From positions 13,042,399-13,075,951 of the forward strand of contig NC_057749.1 in the NCBI RefSeq assembly GCF_004010195.1: 33,553 bases of DNA, in the 5' to 3' direction. Origin of the DNA: Chiloscyllium plagiosum (Eukaryota). The notes below the pieces were generated by a model. The model did no database searches, had not been told where the DNA came from, and saw only the letters and a list, made by a program, of their open reading frames with translations. Positions 32,957-33,553 of this stretch are shown one piece after another. The stretch's first letter is position 1, and the number at the start of each line of letters is the position of its first letter. The translations under genes and the position numbers were made by a program.

Positions 32957-33553
32957 TGTGGCTTGAAGTGTGTATACTTCAATGCAAGAAGTATACGAAA
33001 TAAGGTAGGTGAACTTGCAGCGTGGGTTGGTACCTGGGATTTCAATGTTGTGGCTATTACGGAGACTTGGGTAGAACAGGGATGGGATTGGCTGTTGCAG
33101 GTTCCAGGGTTTAAATGTTTTAGTAGGGTCAGAGGTGGGGGTAAAAGAGGGGGAGGTGTGGCATTGCTTGTCAAAGATAGTATTACAGCGGTGGAAAGGA
33201 CGATGGATGAAGACTCGCCATCTGAGGTAGTTTGGGATTCAGGAGAAGAGTGAAAGTATTAGGATGGTTGTTATGGGGGACTTTAACTTTCCAGATATTG
33301 ACTGGAAAAGCTATAGCTCTAGTTCGTTAGATGGGTCAGTGTTTGTCCAATGTGTGCAGGAGGGTTTCCTGACACAATATGTAGATAGGCCAACAAAAGG
33401 TGAGGCCATACTGGATTTGGTTCTGGGTAACGAACCAAGCCAGGTGTTAGAATTAGAGGTAGGTGAGCACTTTGGGGACAGTGACCACAATTCGGAGACT
33501 TTCACTCTAGTGATGGAGAGGGATAAGTGTGCACGACAGGGCAAGAGTTATAG
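32957..33553 (+). mobile_element. CR1 LINE ORF2 apurinic endonuclease domain (internal deletion near 33236; runs off the window)
   Basis: LKCVYFNARSIRNK, VVAITETW, RGGGVALLVK, VVMGDFNFPDIDW, ILDLVL and GDSDHN are canonical APE motifs. Confidence 0.95.

Overview
Repeat-rich, apparently non-coding vertebrate DNA, almost certainly from a cartilaginous fish (shark). That assignment is inferred from HE1/V-type tRNA SINEs, Deu-domain SINEs, shark-type CR1 LINEs and abundant Penelope-like elements (PLEs); I recognised these families by eye and did not search them. No intact host gene, RNA gene or CRISPR array is supportable. The ORFs are TE fragments, translated tandem repeats, gap artefacts or short chance ORFs. 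The window holds decayed CR1, L2 and L1 LINEs, four larger PLE remnants (RT and/or GIY-YIG), a Gypsy-type LTR element spanning a 500-N gap, solo LTRs, a candidate MITE, several mini/microsatellites and several resolvable nested insertions. The most notable signal is a set of seven minimal type-I hammerhead ribozyme motifs (two with intact core and ACGU stem III, the rest variously decayed) from about three PLE families. Two of them lie in ~100-bp stand-alone insertions with perfect 12-15 bp target-site duplications. All coordinates were read by hand, and boundaries of old repeats are approximate.
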